From: Eledone cirrhosa
Lineage: Eukaryota
Reading direction: 5' to 3'
Length of the DNA: 64,000 nucleotides
NCBI GenBank assembly: GCA_964016885.1
Contig: OZ024743.1
Span: forward strand, 344,534,001 to 344,598,000
The translations under genes and the position numbers were made by a program. Shown piece after piece: positions 1-13,556 of this stretch. Under the pieces are notes generated by a model. The model had not been told where the DNA came from, did no database searches, and saw only the letters and a program-made list of their open reading frames with translations. Every line of letters begins with the position of its first letter. Positions within the stretch are counted from its first letter, which is position 1.

Positions 1-1193
1 CGCATACACACACACACATATATATATATATACACATACGTACAAAAAAACACATATATGTATGAATGTTGCACATATTTGGAATTTGTTAATTTGTTAA
101 TATTAATTCTTTATTTTGGCAGCAATTATTCTTATAATTTCTCATCACCGATCCTGTTTCATCTTGTTGTTGTTGTTATTGTTGTTGTTGTTGTTTTTTT
201 TGTTGTTGTTGTTGTTATTGTTGTTGTTTTTGTTGTTGTTGTTATTGTTGTTGTTTTTGTTGTGAATAACAATCTTAATATAATTCCACACCGTATATTC
301 TCTTCCGATAAGTTATAAATATTTCTAACTTTATCAACATTCATCACAAGGATTTAGAAATATCTGCCATAAAATTCTTTTTGATAATTTTCTTCATTAT
401 GTTGTTGTCATCGTCGTTATTGTTGCTTGCTGCTGTAGTTGTTGATATTTTTATTATTATTATTTGTCTCTGAACGATACGCCACGGCTGTTTACGCTGC
501 ATAAGTTTTGTTTGTGTATATTGGTTTTTTATTTTATATTGTTGTTACAAAGGTAGCATAATGCTTCAGTCTTTGCCATGAAGAAGGGACTCCCCATATT
601 ATTTGAACCTTGGGCCCAAATATATGAACTTTACATTTGAAATTGTGCTATATTTTTTTTGTAAAATAAAAAAAAATGTATGTTATACTACCGTCAAACA
701 CCTGCCAAGGAGGGAGCATTCTCGAACAAACCGTGCATCCTGAAAGAAATACGCACGGCGCACTGAAGAAAAACAACAACAATGTCACCACCAACACCAT
801 TACAGACATCATCAACAAGGCCACCATCGCCAGCAAAGCAGCAGCAGTGGCGGCAAAAATGGCAGTGGTGACAGCAGCAGCGACAACGATGAGAACGATG
901 GAAGCAACAGCAGAAGTAACGACAGCAACAGCAACAACTCCAACAATGACAACACAAATAACAACAAAAGCGATAACGCCACCACAAAAAAACAACAACG
1001 TGAACAACGACAACACTAACAGCAGCAATAACAACGTGAACCATCATAAGATTACTTTTGCAGCCGCATCTACAAAAGCTCAAACTTTATACAGCTTTGA
1101 CTTGACTGAAAAGAAAGAACGTGAGGTTCAGGCTGAAAAAAAAAATCATCACCAGGGATAAAACCTGGGCCACCTTAAACGTTTCCGCAGAAA

Positions 1194-2740
1194 TGATGGC
1201 AGCGACGGGGAGAAGAACATTAAAGTATAAATTCATGTCGGTGCAATCTGACAAGGCCGAGATAGCCTCCCAAGGACAAGTAGAGAAGTAGAGGCTTCAC
1301 TGAAGTGTCTCATTAACGACACTGAGTACATAGCAAGAACCAAACAATTCGGGAGCATCTCGGTTCTCTTCAAAACTGAGGTACTTGATATCAAGCATTC
1401 GGTGGTCCCTTGTAAGTCGGACGAAATAGTGATGTACTCATCCTCCATGGGGAGGAGGACAGTAACGGCCCGTGGTTCCCCGGACCTATGGTGGCTGCTG
1501 AGATTTGTGGTGGCAGAGGGTTCAGACACACTCCTCTATGTGAAATTTACAAAGAGGGAGATTTGGTCCGGGACTGGTTTGGGGATTCATCTTCAAACCA
1601 GACCAGAGGACATTAAAAATATCCCGGATCACGTCAACCTACCGGACGGGTACTAAATTCAAGTGATCACTGAGGGCAAATGGCCGCACTGTTTCGTTTG
1701 AGGTGAAGCCACACACTTGGGAGCCTTTTGCCCCAGCTGAAAACTGCAGGGAGGGTGTATGTGTGTGCAAAACTCCGTTGCTGCCAACACCGGTGCCGGG
1801 TCTACGTAAGCAATAACACTCGCACCGACAGCAGCAGCAACAGCAGAAGCAACATCACCACAAGCAGCAGCTAAACCACCACTAAATACACACATCAACC
1901 CGAGTGAAAGACGAGGTAAGCTCTCCCAATCCATCTCCCTCTTCTCAAAACATACACATACACTCTCACTCACATAGTCACACACAACACCAATCTGAGT
2001 CAAATTATTCTCATACAGAAACCTGCTCCTCTAGCAACGAGGAAGAATCGGAAAACCAAAAGAGCCAAAAAAAAAAAAAGAAAAAAAAAGAAGGAAACAT
2101 AAACGCCGCCGCAAAAAATAAAAAAAAGAAAGAATTACCATCCTGCAGCATCTCAACATAGACAACAATACGAAATCCTAAAGGATACGGCAGATGATAT
2201 TGCGCAAATATGCCCTGAGGCTACGGCAGATGATATTGCGCAAATATGCCCTGAGGCTACGGCATCTCCAGAATTCTGCTTAAACAGTGAGCAGGTGTGA
2301 TTGCTGTTTGTAAGATAGGACTTTCCGCAACTTGTCTTTTTGACTGAGCTGCAGTCCTGGGTCTGGGTCAAGAACAGACTGAGACTTGGCACCTGGCATC
2401 TGGTGATCGCTGCCCTTTACCTGGCGGGAGTGGGTCAGTGGAACCTCCACTCTCAAGTCCTATAAGGATTAGTTGTGCATGAATGTGGCGAAAATGGCCC
2501 GTGTGAATGGGCATATACTGAGCATACGCCTGTAGTTAATTTGGGAGGAGAGGGGTGTCCTTCCCGGGTGCCCTCTTAGCGCCGGGGGGTTAAAGATTGG
2601 TGGGGGACCTGAGTGGTTCGCCCCCTATTGGGGAATTTATTTTGTTATATTTTTATTGTTAATTGTTTTTATTATTGTAAATCCCCATTGTACTTTCCCC
2701 TATATGTCGGCCCCTGTGGCCAATAAAGCAATTACTATTA
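1194..2740 (+). mobile_element. Decayed non-LTR (L1/Tx1-like) ORF1-only derivative with a CCHC zinc knuckle
   Basis: 1690-1731 translates C-F-V-*-G-E-A-T-H-L-G-A-F-C, a CX2CX4HX4C knuckle with the second Cys as TGA, preceded by VITEGKWP. The frame is broken. The 3' end has AATAAA (~2722) and an (ATT)-like tail. No RT remnant was recognised. A similar 3' end occurs at ~20001-20070. Confidence 0.55.
2186..2263. repeat. 36-bp tandem duplication (2 copies plus a partial)
   Basis: TACGGCAGATGATATTGCGCAAATATGCCCTGAGGC at 2186 and 2222. Confidence 0.9.
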
Positions 2741-2749
2741 TTAATATTT

Positions 2750-3602
2750 AGGTTGGTGGATTGGCAGCATCGGTAGAGCGTCAGACATGCGTTTCAGTAT
2801 GGAGTTATGGCCCTTTACATTCAGTGTTCAGAGGTTAACTTTGCCTTTCATCCTTACGGGATCGATAACGCACTAGTAACGTACTGGGGTCGATTTAATC
2901 GACTTTCCCCTCCCACCCAAATTACTGGCCTTATGCCTATACTAGAAATCATTATTAAGGGCAGTGGATTAGTAGAACTGGAAGAGCGTTGGACAAAAGT
3001 ATTTACAGCATATAGTTACGGCCCTCTACGTTCTGAATTTAAATCCCGCCGAGGTTAGCTTTACCTTTTCTCTTTACGGGGTAGATAAAATATAGTACCA
3101 GTAACACACGGGGTTCAATTTAATCGAATTTACCCTCCCTAAAATCTTTGGCCTTGTACCTAAATCAGAAACAATTATTATTATTACTGACATTCTGGCG
3201 GTGGATTGGCAGTATCGGTAGAGGGTCGGACGCCGTGCTTTGCCGCATAGAGTTACAGCCCTTGCTATTCTGAGTTCAAATCCCGCTGAGGTTAACTTTG
3301 CCTTTCATCCTTACGGGGTCGATAAAATAAAGTACCAGTAATACACTGGGATAATTGCTGGCCTTGTGCCAAAAGTAGAAACAAGTATTATTATTACTGT
3401 TACTGGCTCTAATAACTTTTTCTACTTTTGGCACAAGGCAAGAAATTACCCCAGTGCGTGACTGGTACTTTATTTTCTCGACGCCGTAACGATGAAAGGC
3501 AAAGTTAACCTCGGCGGGATTTGAACTCAGACCGTAAAGGGCCTTAACTCTATGCTGCAGAGCATGGCGTCCGGCCCTCTACCGATACTGCTAATCCACT
3601 GC
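2750..3602. mobile_element. Cluster of tRNA-derived SINEs (three on +, one on - at ~3415-3602)
   Basis: A-box-like TGGCAGTATCGG, B-box GAGTTCAAATCC, body GTTAACTTTGCCTTTCATCCTTACGGGGTCGATAAAATAAAGTACCAG, and (ATT)n tail. Confidence 0.9.
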
Positions 3603-4035
3603 CACTGGCTCAAATAACAGCAATGGAAGGCAGTGTGCTGAGAAAGAACGGGTAGATTATTGAGGAACTAAGTTTATTGCCTCTCAGAAAATAAGATATT
3701 TAAAGAGCAAAAGAATAAAGTAATCTTTAGATCTACGATTCCAGACACTTCACCAATCTCTGTAAAACAAGCGAAAGGATTCGGTTATAATCTAAATGAA
3801 ATGAAATTGATATGAACATTTCATGAAAATTAATTGATTTATCTGTATAAATCCGAATGATTTATTATGAAAGAAAATTATTATCAAAAATATGAAATAT
3901 GAAAGCAAAAATCATTAAAATCAAATGATGTGATATCAAAGAAAATAACTAAATATTAAGTTATAGGAGAGTAATGCATAAATTATAGGATAAATTATCG
4001 GTTAAAATGTATAACCCTATTATATTTGTGATATG

Positions 4036-4580
4036 GGCCGTGGATTGGCAGTATCGGTAGAGAGTCGGACACCATACTTTGCAGCATAGAGTTACGACCC
4101 TTTACGGCCTGAGTTCAAATCCCGCTGAGGTTAACTTTGCCTTTCACCCTTACGTGGTTGATAAAATGAAGCACCAGTAATGTACTGGGGTCGATTTAAT
4201 CGACTCCCCCCCAAAAAAATTACTGGCATTGTGCCTAAATTATAAATCATTATTATTGGCCATGCTTTGACGCATAGTGTTACGGCCCCTGCCATTCTAA
4301 GTTCAAATCCCGCCGAGGTTAACTTTGCCTTTCATCCTTATGAGGTCGATAAAATAAAGTACCAGTAATGCACTGGGATAATTGCTGGCCTTGTGCCAAA
4401 CGTAGAAACAATTATTATTGGCCATGCTTTGACGCATAGAGTTACGGCCCTTGCCATTCTAAGTTCAAATCCCGCCGAGGTTAACTTTGCCTTTCATCCT
4501 TATGAGGTCGATAAAATAAAGTACCAGTAATGCACTGGGTAATTTCTGGCCTTGTGCCAAAAGTAGAAACAATTATTATT
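4036..4580 (+). mobile_element. Head-to-tail array of three SINE copies (one full, two 5'-truncated)
   Basis: Same consensus. The truncated copies both start at GGCCATGCTTTGACGCATAG right after an ATTATT tail. Confidence 0.9.
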
Positions 4581-4916
4581 GTTGTGACTGCTGCACCAGC
4601 AAAATTCCTCTATCATTTTCATTTGCAAATATTTTCTGAGATTGCTAGAAGTGTCGTTAATAGAGGAATTGCCAAAGGAAAACAGTCAACATAAAAGTCC
4701 CATACTATGGAAACCAAACAGTGCAAACCCTACACCTACTTGTGCAGATATTTAACAAATGCTTCAGAAAAGGTATATAACAACACTTAGTGAAGATTCT
4801 ATGCTATAGTGAAGATGAAGTAATAACTACGAACAAGAATAAGAACAACAATCATACAATCATATGGCCAGCATCAGGAGAATTACCACTACATTAACAC
4901 ATTAAACACATCCATT

Positions 4917-5577
4917 GTGGATTGGCAGTATCGATAGAGGGTCGGACGCCATGTTTTGACGCAAAGAGTTACGGCCCTTTCCATTCTGACTTCAAATCAT
5001 GCCGAGGTTAACTTTGCCTTTCATCCTTACGGGGTCGATAAAATAAAGTACCAGTAATACACTGGGTGTTTGCTGGCCTTGTGCCAAAAGTAGAAACAAT
5101 TATTACCATCACTACATCCATCAACACCAACGCAGTCGTAACCATCAACATTACTCCTGACAACAACAAGAATGTCACTATTATCACGTCGACTATCACA
5201 ACGGGGGATTGGCAGTATCAGTAGAAGGTCGGACGCCATGCTTTGCAGCATAGAGTTACGCCCCTTTATGGTGTGGGTTCAAATCCCGCCGAGGTTAACT
5301 TTGCCTTTCATCCTTACGTGGTTGATAAAATGAAGCACCAGTAATGTACTGGGGTCGATTTAGTCGACTCCCCCCCAAAAATTACTGGCATTGTGCCTAA
5401 ATTATAAATCATTATTATTGGCCATGCTTTGACGCATAGAGTTACGGCCCCTGCGATTCTAAGTTCAAATCCCGCCGAGGTTAACTTTGCCTTTCATCCT
5501 TACGGGGGTCGATAAAATAAAGTACCAGTAATGCACTGGGGTAATTGCTGGCCTTGTGCCAATCGTAGAAACAATTA
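4917..5577 (+). mobile_element. Three SINE copies (~4917-5103, 5204-5418, 5420-5577)
   Basis: Same consensus. 5204-5577 closely mirrors 4036-4415. Confidence 0.9.
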
Positions 5578-5689
5578 TACCTACCATTATCACCACCACG
5601 ACTAAGAACCAAATCACAACCATCAACACCACCACTAACAACCATTACCACAACAATCGTTGTCATCTTCACCACAACCACAACCAGCC

Positions 5690-7090
5690 CCAACATCACC
5701 ATCATCACCACCACCATCACCATCATCACCACCACCATCATCATCAGAGCCACCAGCACCACCATCACCATCATCACCATCATCACCATCCTCACCATCA
5801 CCATCATCACCACCACCATCATCATCAGAGCCACCAGCACCACCATCACCATCATCACCATCATCACCATCATCACCATCACCATCATCACCACCACCAT
5901 CACCATCCTCACCATCACCATCATCACCACCACCATCATCATCAGAGCCACCAGCACCACCATCACCATCATCACCATCATCACCATCACCACCATCACC
6001 ATCATCACCACCACCATCATCATCAAAGCCACCATCACCATCATCAACATCATCACCATCATCACCATCACCATCATCACCACCACCATCATCATCAGAG
6101 CCACCAGCACCACCATCACCATCATCACCATCATCACCATCATCACCACCACCATCATCATCAGAGCCACCAGCACCACCAGGATAACCACCAACAGCAC
6201 TAGCACCAGAACTATCAACATCACCACATACTGTCACTACTACTACTACCACCACCACCACTACCACAAACATCACCACCAGAATTACCACCACCACCAC
6301 TACCACCACCACATCAAAACCATCAAAACCACCAGCACCAGATCCAGTGTCACCACCACCACATACTGTCACCACCATCACCACCACCATCACCACCATC
6401 AGGACCACCACCACCATCACCACCACCATCACCACCACCATCACCACCATCAGGATCACCACCACCACCAGCACCATCACCACCACCACCAGCACCATCA
6501 CCACCACCATCACCACCATCAGGATCACCACCACCACCAGCACCATCACCACCACCACCAGCACCATCACCACCACCATCACCACCATCAGGATCACCAG
6601 CACCAGCACCATCACCACCACCATCACCACCACCACCATCACCACCATCAGGATCCCCCCCACACCACCATCACCACCTTCAGGATCCCCCCCACTACCG
6701 CCAGCACCACCATCACCATCACCACCATCAGGACCACCACCACCATCAGGATCCCCACCCCATCACCACCATCAGGATCACCACCACCATCACCACCATC
6801 AGGATCACCAGCACCATCACCACCATCACCACCATCAGGATCACCACCACCATCACCATCACCACCATCAGGATCACCACCACCAGCACCATCACCACCA
6901 TCAGGACCACCACCACCATCAGGATCCCCACCCCATCGCCACCATCAGGATCACCACCACCATCACCACCATCAGGATCACCAGCACCATCACCACCATC
7001 ACCACCATCAGGATCACCACCACCATCACCACCATCAGGATCACCACCACCAGCACCATCACCACCACCATCACCACCATCAGGATCCCC
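5690..7090. repeat. Compound (CAC/CAT)n-derived minisatellite with CAGAGC and CAGGAT anchors
   Basis: Higher-order units ending CATCAGAGCCACCAGCAC (5740-6180) and CATCAGGATCAC (6400-7085). Confidence 0.85.
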
Positions 7091-7187
7091 CCCCCCCCCC
7101 ACCATCACTACATGCTGTCACTACTACATACTTTCCCCAACACAAGCACCACATCTCAACAGTATCAGCACCACTAGCATCCCTAAC

Positions 7188-7189
<2 letters not shown>

Positions 7190-7225
<36 letters not shown>

Positions 7226-7253
7226 TCCTCTACCACTACTACCACTACCACCA

Positions 7254-7286
<33 letters not shown>

Positions 7287-7289
7287 CAT

Positions 7290-7325
<36 letters not shown>

Positions 7326-7347
7326 CCCTACCACTACTACTACCACT

Positions 7348-7391
<44 letters not shown>

Positions 7392-7394
7392 CAT

Positions 7395-7448
<54 letters not shown>

Positions 7449-7484
7449 AACTACTACTACTACTACTAACACTACCACCACCAT

Positions 7485-7541
<57 letters not shown>

Positions 7542-8280
7542 TACTACTAACACTACCACCACCACCACCACCACCACCACCACTACTACTACTACTACTA
7601 ATACTACCACCACCACTACTACTACTACTACCACTACCACTACCACTACCAGTGTGTTGTTGTCAATAACAGTGAAATATGACAGAGATAATGAAAAGTG
7701 TTTTTAATACAACAACGAATAAGATTTATTTGTGTAATTAAAAGATAATCGAAATTAACTTGAAACAGAGATTCAGTAGAAACCTATGAAATCTGTCTGG
7801 TCACATGTGTGGTCTTGTGATAGAGTGGGGAGAGAAAGAGTGTGACATCACCACCAACACCACCATCACCGCCACCACCACCACCACTATCGCCACCACC
7901 AACACCTACACCAACACCACCACTATCATACTAACAACAGCAACAACACAACCAGCATCAACCATCCTCCACCACCACCACCACCACCACCAACACCAAC
8001 ACCCCCCACCACCACCAACATTACCACCAACACCACCACCACCACCAACATTACCACCACCACCACCACCGCCACCACCAACACCAACACCAACACCCAC
8101 CACCACCGCCACCACCAACATTACCATCACCACCGCCACCACCACCACCACCACCACCACGACCATCACCACCACCAACAACAACAAAAAATCAACAGCA
8201 ACAACAGCGATGACAACAACAGCACCACCACCTCAAACAACATAAACAGCATCAGCCCCATCACCACCACCACGACCACC
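7190..8280. repeat. (CTA)n/(CAC)n microsatellite tracts
   Basis: Direct reading; a unique spacer lies at ~7650-7845. Confidence 0.85.
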
Positions 8281-8292
8281 AGACATTATGAT

Positions 8293-8552
8293 AAACTATA
8301 TATATGTGTTTGTGTCTATATTGTATCTGTATTATTTTTGACCGTCGGTCAGTCAATGGCAACATTGAGGACCGAGTAAATTAGATTACCGATATAAAAG
8401 ACAGCGAGAAGCGAAAACCAACCAAACAGTGAGTGTGTTCTGCTATTAATTCTGGCAATATTACACAAATATGACCCTCCCCAAGTATAACAATATTTGT
8501 TTCGACACACGATTTCATATAAAAAACCTCGCTAAACTAATTCATCGCCGCT
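8293..8552 (+). mobile_element. (TA)n-abutting family A element, partial (no ribozyme in this copy)
   Basis: Near-identical reverse complement of 36961-37220; ends CCTCGCTAAACTAATTCATCGCCGC-(TA)n. Confidence 0.8.
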
Positions 8553-9113
8553 ATATATATATATAGGTAAAAGGAAAAGAAAATGCTGACAAATTGTTCC
8601 CAGTGAAAAATAGTTTAATTAGGAATAAGTAAAAATTAGTAATAAGTATTGGTTAGTATTCAGTTTTAGTTTTTACGTTTTTACCGGTTGCGCATTTCTA
8701 ATGCTTTTCAAAAATAATTTTGAGATAGAGCGCCCGTGATGTTTGCTCTAATCTGATTAGTTTTGGAAATTCTACCTGTTTTATGTGAAAAAAGTGGCTC
8801 CAGAGGTATTAAAATAAATTTCGCGCCAATTCGTGTTGCAAAAATTCTTGTGGTCAAAACAATTTTGATTGGTCGGTAGAGGTCACGTGAATATTAAAAA
8901 TTGATTTTGCGCCAAATGTAGGTTTGTCGAAGAGTGTCCTTTTTCGCCTGATTGAAAAGTCACTGAAAAATAAGTCTTTTAAGACAAATATGTGTGTGTG
9001 TGTGTGTGTGTAGTAAAGAGGTTCATTGTTGTGATAATGGTCAGTAGGGATGTGTCTGTGAATTGCAGTCATGTTGAAAGGTCAACAGTTCAGGTGCCTA
9101 TTAAGACAAATGT

Positions 9114-9167
<54 letters not shown>

Positions 9168-9351
9168 CAGAGTAGTTCGTCGTAGAGGGATCGGTCAGTA
9201 GAAATGTGTGTGTACGTGTGTGGGGAATATTTTAACATGTTGAAAGATATTTTTCAGCTCTTGTCTTATACGGAGAAGTGTGTGTGTATGTGTGTGTGTA
9301 TATGTCTCTTTGTATGTTAGTGTACGCGTCTGTATGTGTGTGTGTATATAT

Positions 9352-9382
<31 letters not shown>

Positions 9383-9385
9383 GTA

Positions 9386-9464
<79 letters not shown>

Positions 9465-9875
9465 ACCAGTATTTTTGTGATACTGGTAAAAATGGTGCAA
9501 AGAGAACATCAAAAACATTAATAATGAAAGGTATGAAATGATATATAGTATTGTCATAACACCAAGGTGTGTGTGAGTGTCCAGATTGTACGTACTGCAA
9601 GGGGAATCCATTAGGCCCTGCCGTATTGGAATACTTGTGTACAAATATGTATGTGCCCATCAGTGTGCAATACATGTGTGCGTATATGTATGTGTGTGTG
9701 TCGGCACGTTTATATCTATAGACATCAAAAGGTATGCAAATTTGTGTATATTTGTGTTGCACCATAGAACATGTGTGTTTGAGTATGTCATTGTGTTTAT
9801 ATGTGGATAGATATGTATGTAGGATGTATGCTGATGTAGGTATGTATGTTGACGTGTGTATGTTGTGGGTTCGTC

Positions 9876-10550
9876 TTAGGGAGAAGTGTTTAGACGGGGT
9901 CCGTATTTGTTAATAAAGTGAGATTCCTTGCTGATGCGCTGAGTGTGGGTGGCATTATCTTTACATTTGTAGAGGGGAAAGATTCTAAAGTTGGGATGAT
10001 TTTGGGCGGCACAGGTATCAATGCGTTCACTCAGTGGTATTTTCCTGTATTCCCGTATTTTAATTTGGCATCTATGGACAGTCATGCGTTGGCGGAGGCT
10101 GTTTTTGGTCTGGCCTATGTATTGTTCTCGACAACCAGAGCAAGTTAATACATATATTAGATTTTCTGATTCGCATGTGAAATTGTGTTTTACTATAAAA
10201 CGTTGTCCTTCTTTGAAATAGAATTCCGAACCCTCTATTAGGTTGATGCATATGCCACAGTTGGGTCTATCGCATTTTTTTACTGTGGGTTTCGTTGTTG
10301 TGGTTGGAAGTACTTTGGCATGTGTTAGGATGTTTTTCATTGACTTAGATTGTCTTTTGCTCTTTATGATATCGTGTGTTCGAAGGATTTGGTTCATTCT
10401 ATGCTCCTTTTTTAAAATAGGGATGTTCTGGAGGATGGTGTCAAAGGCCTCATTGTTGAGGGGTTGGGTGTGGAGATGTATGGAAGAGATTTTAGTTTCG
10501 ATTGATTTACTTTAGGGTGTCTAAGGTCCTGGGTACTGAGTTTTAGGGAA
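9876..10550 (-). pseudogene. 5'-truncated Penelope-like element: GIY-YIG endonuclease with Cys-rich linker (Neptune-like)
   Basis: ORF 9876-10397 reads KCDRPNCGIC linker, NLIYVLTCSGCREQYIGQT (GIY-YIG with CxxC), LRQRMTVH, and E...LN terminus. A frameshifted LPYISTxNP motif lies upstream. Confidence 0.88.
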
Positions 10551-10615
10551 CGTAATGGAAGCCAACATGCCCTAAAACAATATATCACAACTCGTGTCTT
10601 ACACCTCTATTCTTT

Positions 10616-10667
<52 letters not shown>

Positions 10668-10754
10668 CGAAAGGGATATTCAATTTGTTGGTAATTCAAC
10701 AAATATAAATGTTTATAACTGATTCAGAGCACTCGACAAGTTTTCTGGAGTACA

Positions 10755-10988
10755 ATATTCAATGATATTAAATAAATGTAAACTATATTTATAAAACCAT
10801 ATTTATTCTATTATATATATTTTAAGGGTACCAAAACTTTGTTACGCTTTCATCAGATAAAATACAAAGTTTGTTTTATAAACATTGACATAACCAAGAA
10901 AGGATACCTTAACGGTTCAATTTTTTTGGAAATATATATAATAGCATAAATATGGTTTTATACATATAGTTTCAATTTATTTAATATC

Positions 10989-10997
<9 letters not shown>
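10755..10997. repeat. ~52-bp inverted repeat element between (TA)n tracts
   Basis: 10755-10806 is the reverse complement of 10946-10997 with few mismatches. The same motif occurs at 22921-22963. Confidence 0.8.
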
Positions 10998-11024
<27 letters not shown>

Positions 11025-11029
<5 letters not shown>

Positions 11030-11345
11030 TTCGTTTCTGAATTTGTTTAGCAAGATTCTTTATCTGAAAACGTGTGTTGAAACCGATATTGTTATACTTT
11101 GGCAGGGTCATGTTGCCAATAAGAAAGACACGCACCAGATGCTTTCACTTCAATTTATTATAATAAATTTATAAATTTAGGAATTTATAAATTTCCGATT
11201 GGTTGGTTGGTTCCACAACCAGATGGTTGTTTATATATTATCAAAGTTCTTTCGTCACACAATCTGTGACCTCTTCAGTGACTGTGGATTCTTTTCTTTG
11301 TTTTTGTGCCTCTCCTTTGTTCTGTCCTACGCCATCTTGTTTCTC
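11025..11345 (-). mobile_element. Family A element with a hammerhead core (11240-11282)
   Basis: Minus strand AGTCA-CTGAAGA-G-GTCACA gattg TGTGAC-GAAA-GAACTT-TGAT, followed by AAGTATAACAATATCGGTTTCAACACACG; flanked by (TA)n. Confidence 0.7.
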
Positions 11346-11348
11346 AAC

Positions 11349-11458
<110 letters not shown>

Positions 11459-12950
11459 GTGTGTGTGTCTGTGTGTGTGTGTGTGTGCGTGCGTGCGTGT
11501 GTGTGCGTGTGTGTGTGCGTGTATGTGCGTGTGTGTGTGCGTGTATTTAAAAGACAACAGAAGGCAGGACACGAAATATTTTTTTAATGTTGCAAAATCA
11601 CAATAAGTATTTCTATGACATGGTAACATCATCAGATCAAGACGTAAGCTTTGGTGACGTCATCATGTGTAGAATGCAAAGATTAGATCATCGATAGCAG
11701 GATTACTGCAAACACAGAGAATAGACTTCATTTGGTGACAGCTTGTTAATTCGATGTTATTTTTGCAACGGACCGCTTCCGAATGGCACACACTCAGCAA
11801 TGCCTAGCATTGTGGGTCGATAGGCGTGATTACAGAGGGTGGCGACAGAAATTCTACGGTCCTCAGATAATGCCAGACCATTAATCTGAGCCAAAAGCCA
11901 GCGTAGCGTGATGGTGAAAATTTTATAAGAGATAGGTGCTATAAAAGTATAAAAGGTTATAACAAATGGAGTAAAGGTTACGATAAATAGATTAAGAAAA
12001 ACAAATTACGAAAAATAAATTAATAAAAAATATAAAGATAATAAAGAGTTGTGAAAAGTATTAAGGTTACGAAAAGTGGCTAATTATAATCCTAATGTAA
12101 TTGATTTGTTAAAAGTAAATCATTAATTGATTAAAGAGTAAGTAAATCAGTTCGGGTACACATGTGTGATTGTATTGCGATAGAAAATGATGGCCTTTTC
12201 ACGAGACTGACGTAACAGCCCTCAGCATATCTGCAAAATTCGAGATAGGGTTCCAGTTACCGAGTATTTTATATATACTGAAGAAAGGGGAAATTAATTG
12301 CAAGCATTCAAAGTATCGAACTGAATCCAAGTGTTTTGCATGTAATTCAGAAGACAACTAGATGGCCAGTCAGTGGTGTAACGCAGACCAGATAATGGTA
12401 ATAATCATACAGATAAAATATCCTTCATGCCACGATAGATTATATGCATTAATAAAGGTTAGTGGTAAATAAATTATATAGAGTGGATAACTATAATTAT
12501 AATTACGTAAAAAATGCTTATACATAGTTGAAAAATAAAATATATCGGTAGCTGGTGTTGTGTCAAAGAGGACGCGTAATATCAGATTACATATGGAATA
12601 TCATACTATAAGATAAAATGTGAAAAATATAACAATATAGAAAAATTAATAAAAGTGTAGATCAAAGGTATATGCTATAATGTGTAGTATGGATACTCCC
12701 CAGTGTAGGTATCATAATGTAAATGATGTATAACGAATAAATAAATAAATATTTTACTCTGTCCTTGCACCAATCACGCGATACCACATCTACCATGTAT
12801 GATTTGTGTAATGTCGAGTGCTTTAACTTATTACATCATCATTCCCCGGTAATCCATACAACACAAATGGTACACACACACACACATATACACACACACT
12901 CATATATATATATATATATATATATATACTTAGTTACAACAGTGACATGT

Positions 12951-13000
12951 ACAAGTACTTAAGTTTCGTTGGGTTATTCACACCAACTCATTCAGTCTGT
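12951..13000 (-). ncRNA. Hammerhead ribozyme-like motif, left arm of an inverted repeat (core variant CUGAAUGA)
   Basis: Minus: ACAGA-CTGAATGA-GTTGG..CCAAC-GAA-ACTTAAGT-A-CTTGT, with palindromic stem III. Confidence 0.6.
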
Positions 13001-13108
13001 CATGTTCAAGGGATTATTCTATTTATAGATAGATTTGGGATTACTAACCCTTAGAACTCTCCAATAATTTTTAAAATCTCCATTGGGGAAACCATTTTTA
13101 TTTATATG

Positions 13109-13157
13109 ACAGGCTGAATGGGTTGTGGTGAATAACCCACGAAACTTAAGTACCTGT
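13109..13157 (+). ncRNA. Hammerhead ribozyme-like motif, right arm (minimal type I, palindromic stem III)
   Basis: ACAGG-CTGAATGG..GTGG..CCAC-GAA-ACTTAAGT-A|CCTGT. Stem I ACAGG/CCTGT is perfect, the triplet is GUA, and the core is non-canonical. Confidence 0.6.
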
Positions 13158-13422
13158 ATGTGTCACTGTTGTAACTACATATACTTAACTCGTCCTATGG
13201 ATTGAGCGCTCTTGCCCCTGCATATGTATACCAAATTTGTACTAGTGTGTATATATTCTCTGCCCTAGGGTTAAGCTTTTACTGATATCAAACTTTTATC
13301 GATAGCAAACGAGAAATAAATCAGACCTCATTCTTTTTGTTTCTATATATTTCCCGTTCTGTATGTCTGTATGTCTCTCTCTCTCTCTCATCTCACCTCT
13401 CACCTCTCACTTCTCCCTCTCT

Positions 13423-13556
<134 letters not shown>

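Noticed and set aside
3197-3290. tRNA gene (A/B boxes)
   Set aside because: No cloverleaf; it is the head of a multi-copy SINE.
5481-7646. Poly-His, Pro/Ser-rich and Gly/Asp-rich ORFs
   Set aside because: Translations of CAC/CAT/CTA repeats, open in many frames on both strands, with no unique domain.
11600-11640. CTGATGA..GAAA on the minus strand
   Set aside because: Stem II is weak and there is no stem I pairing.
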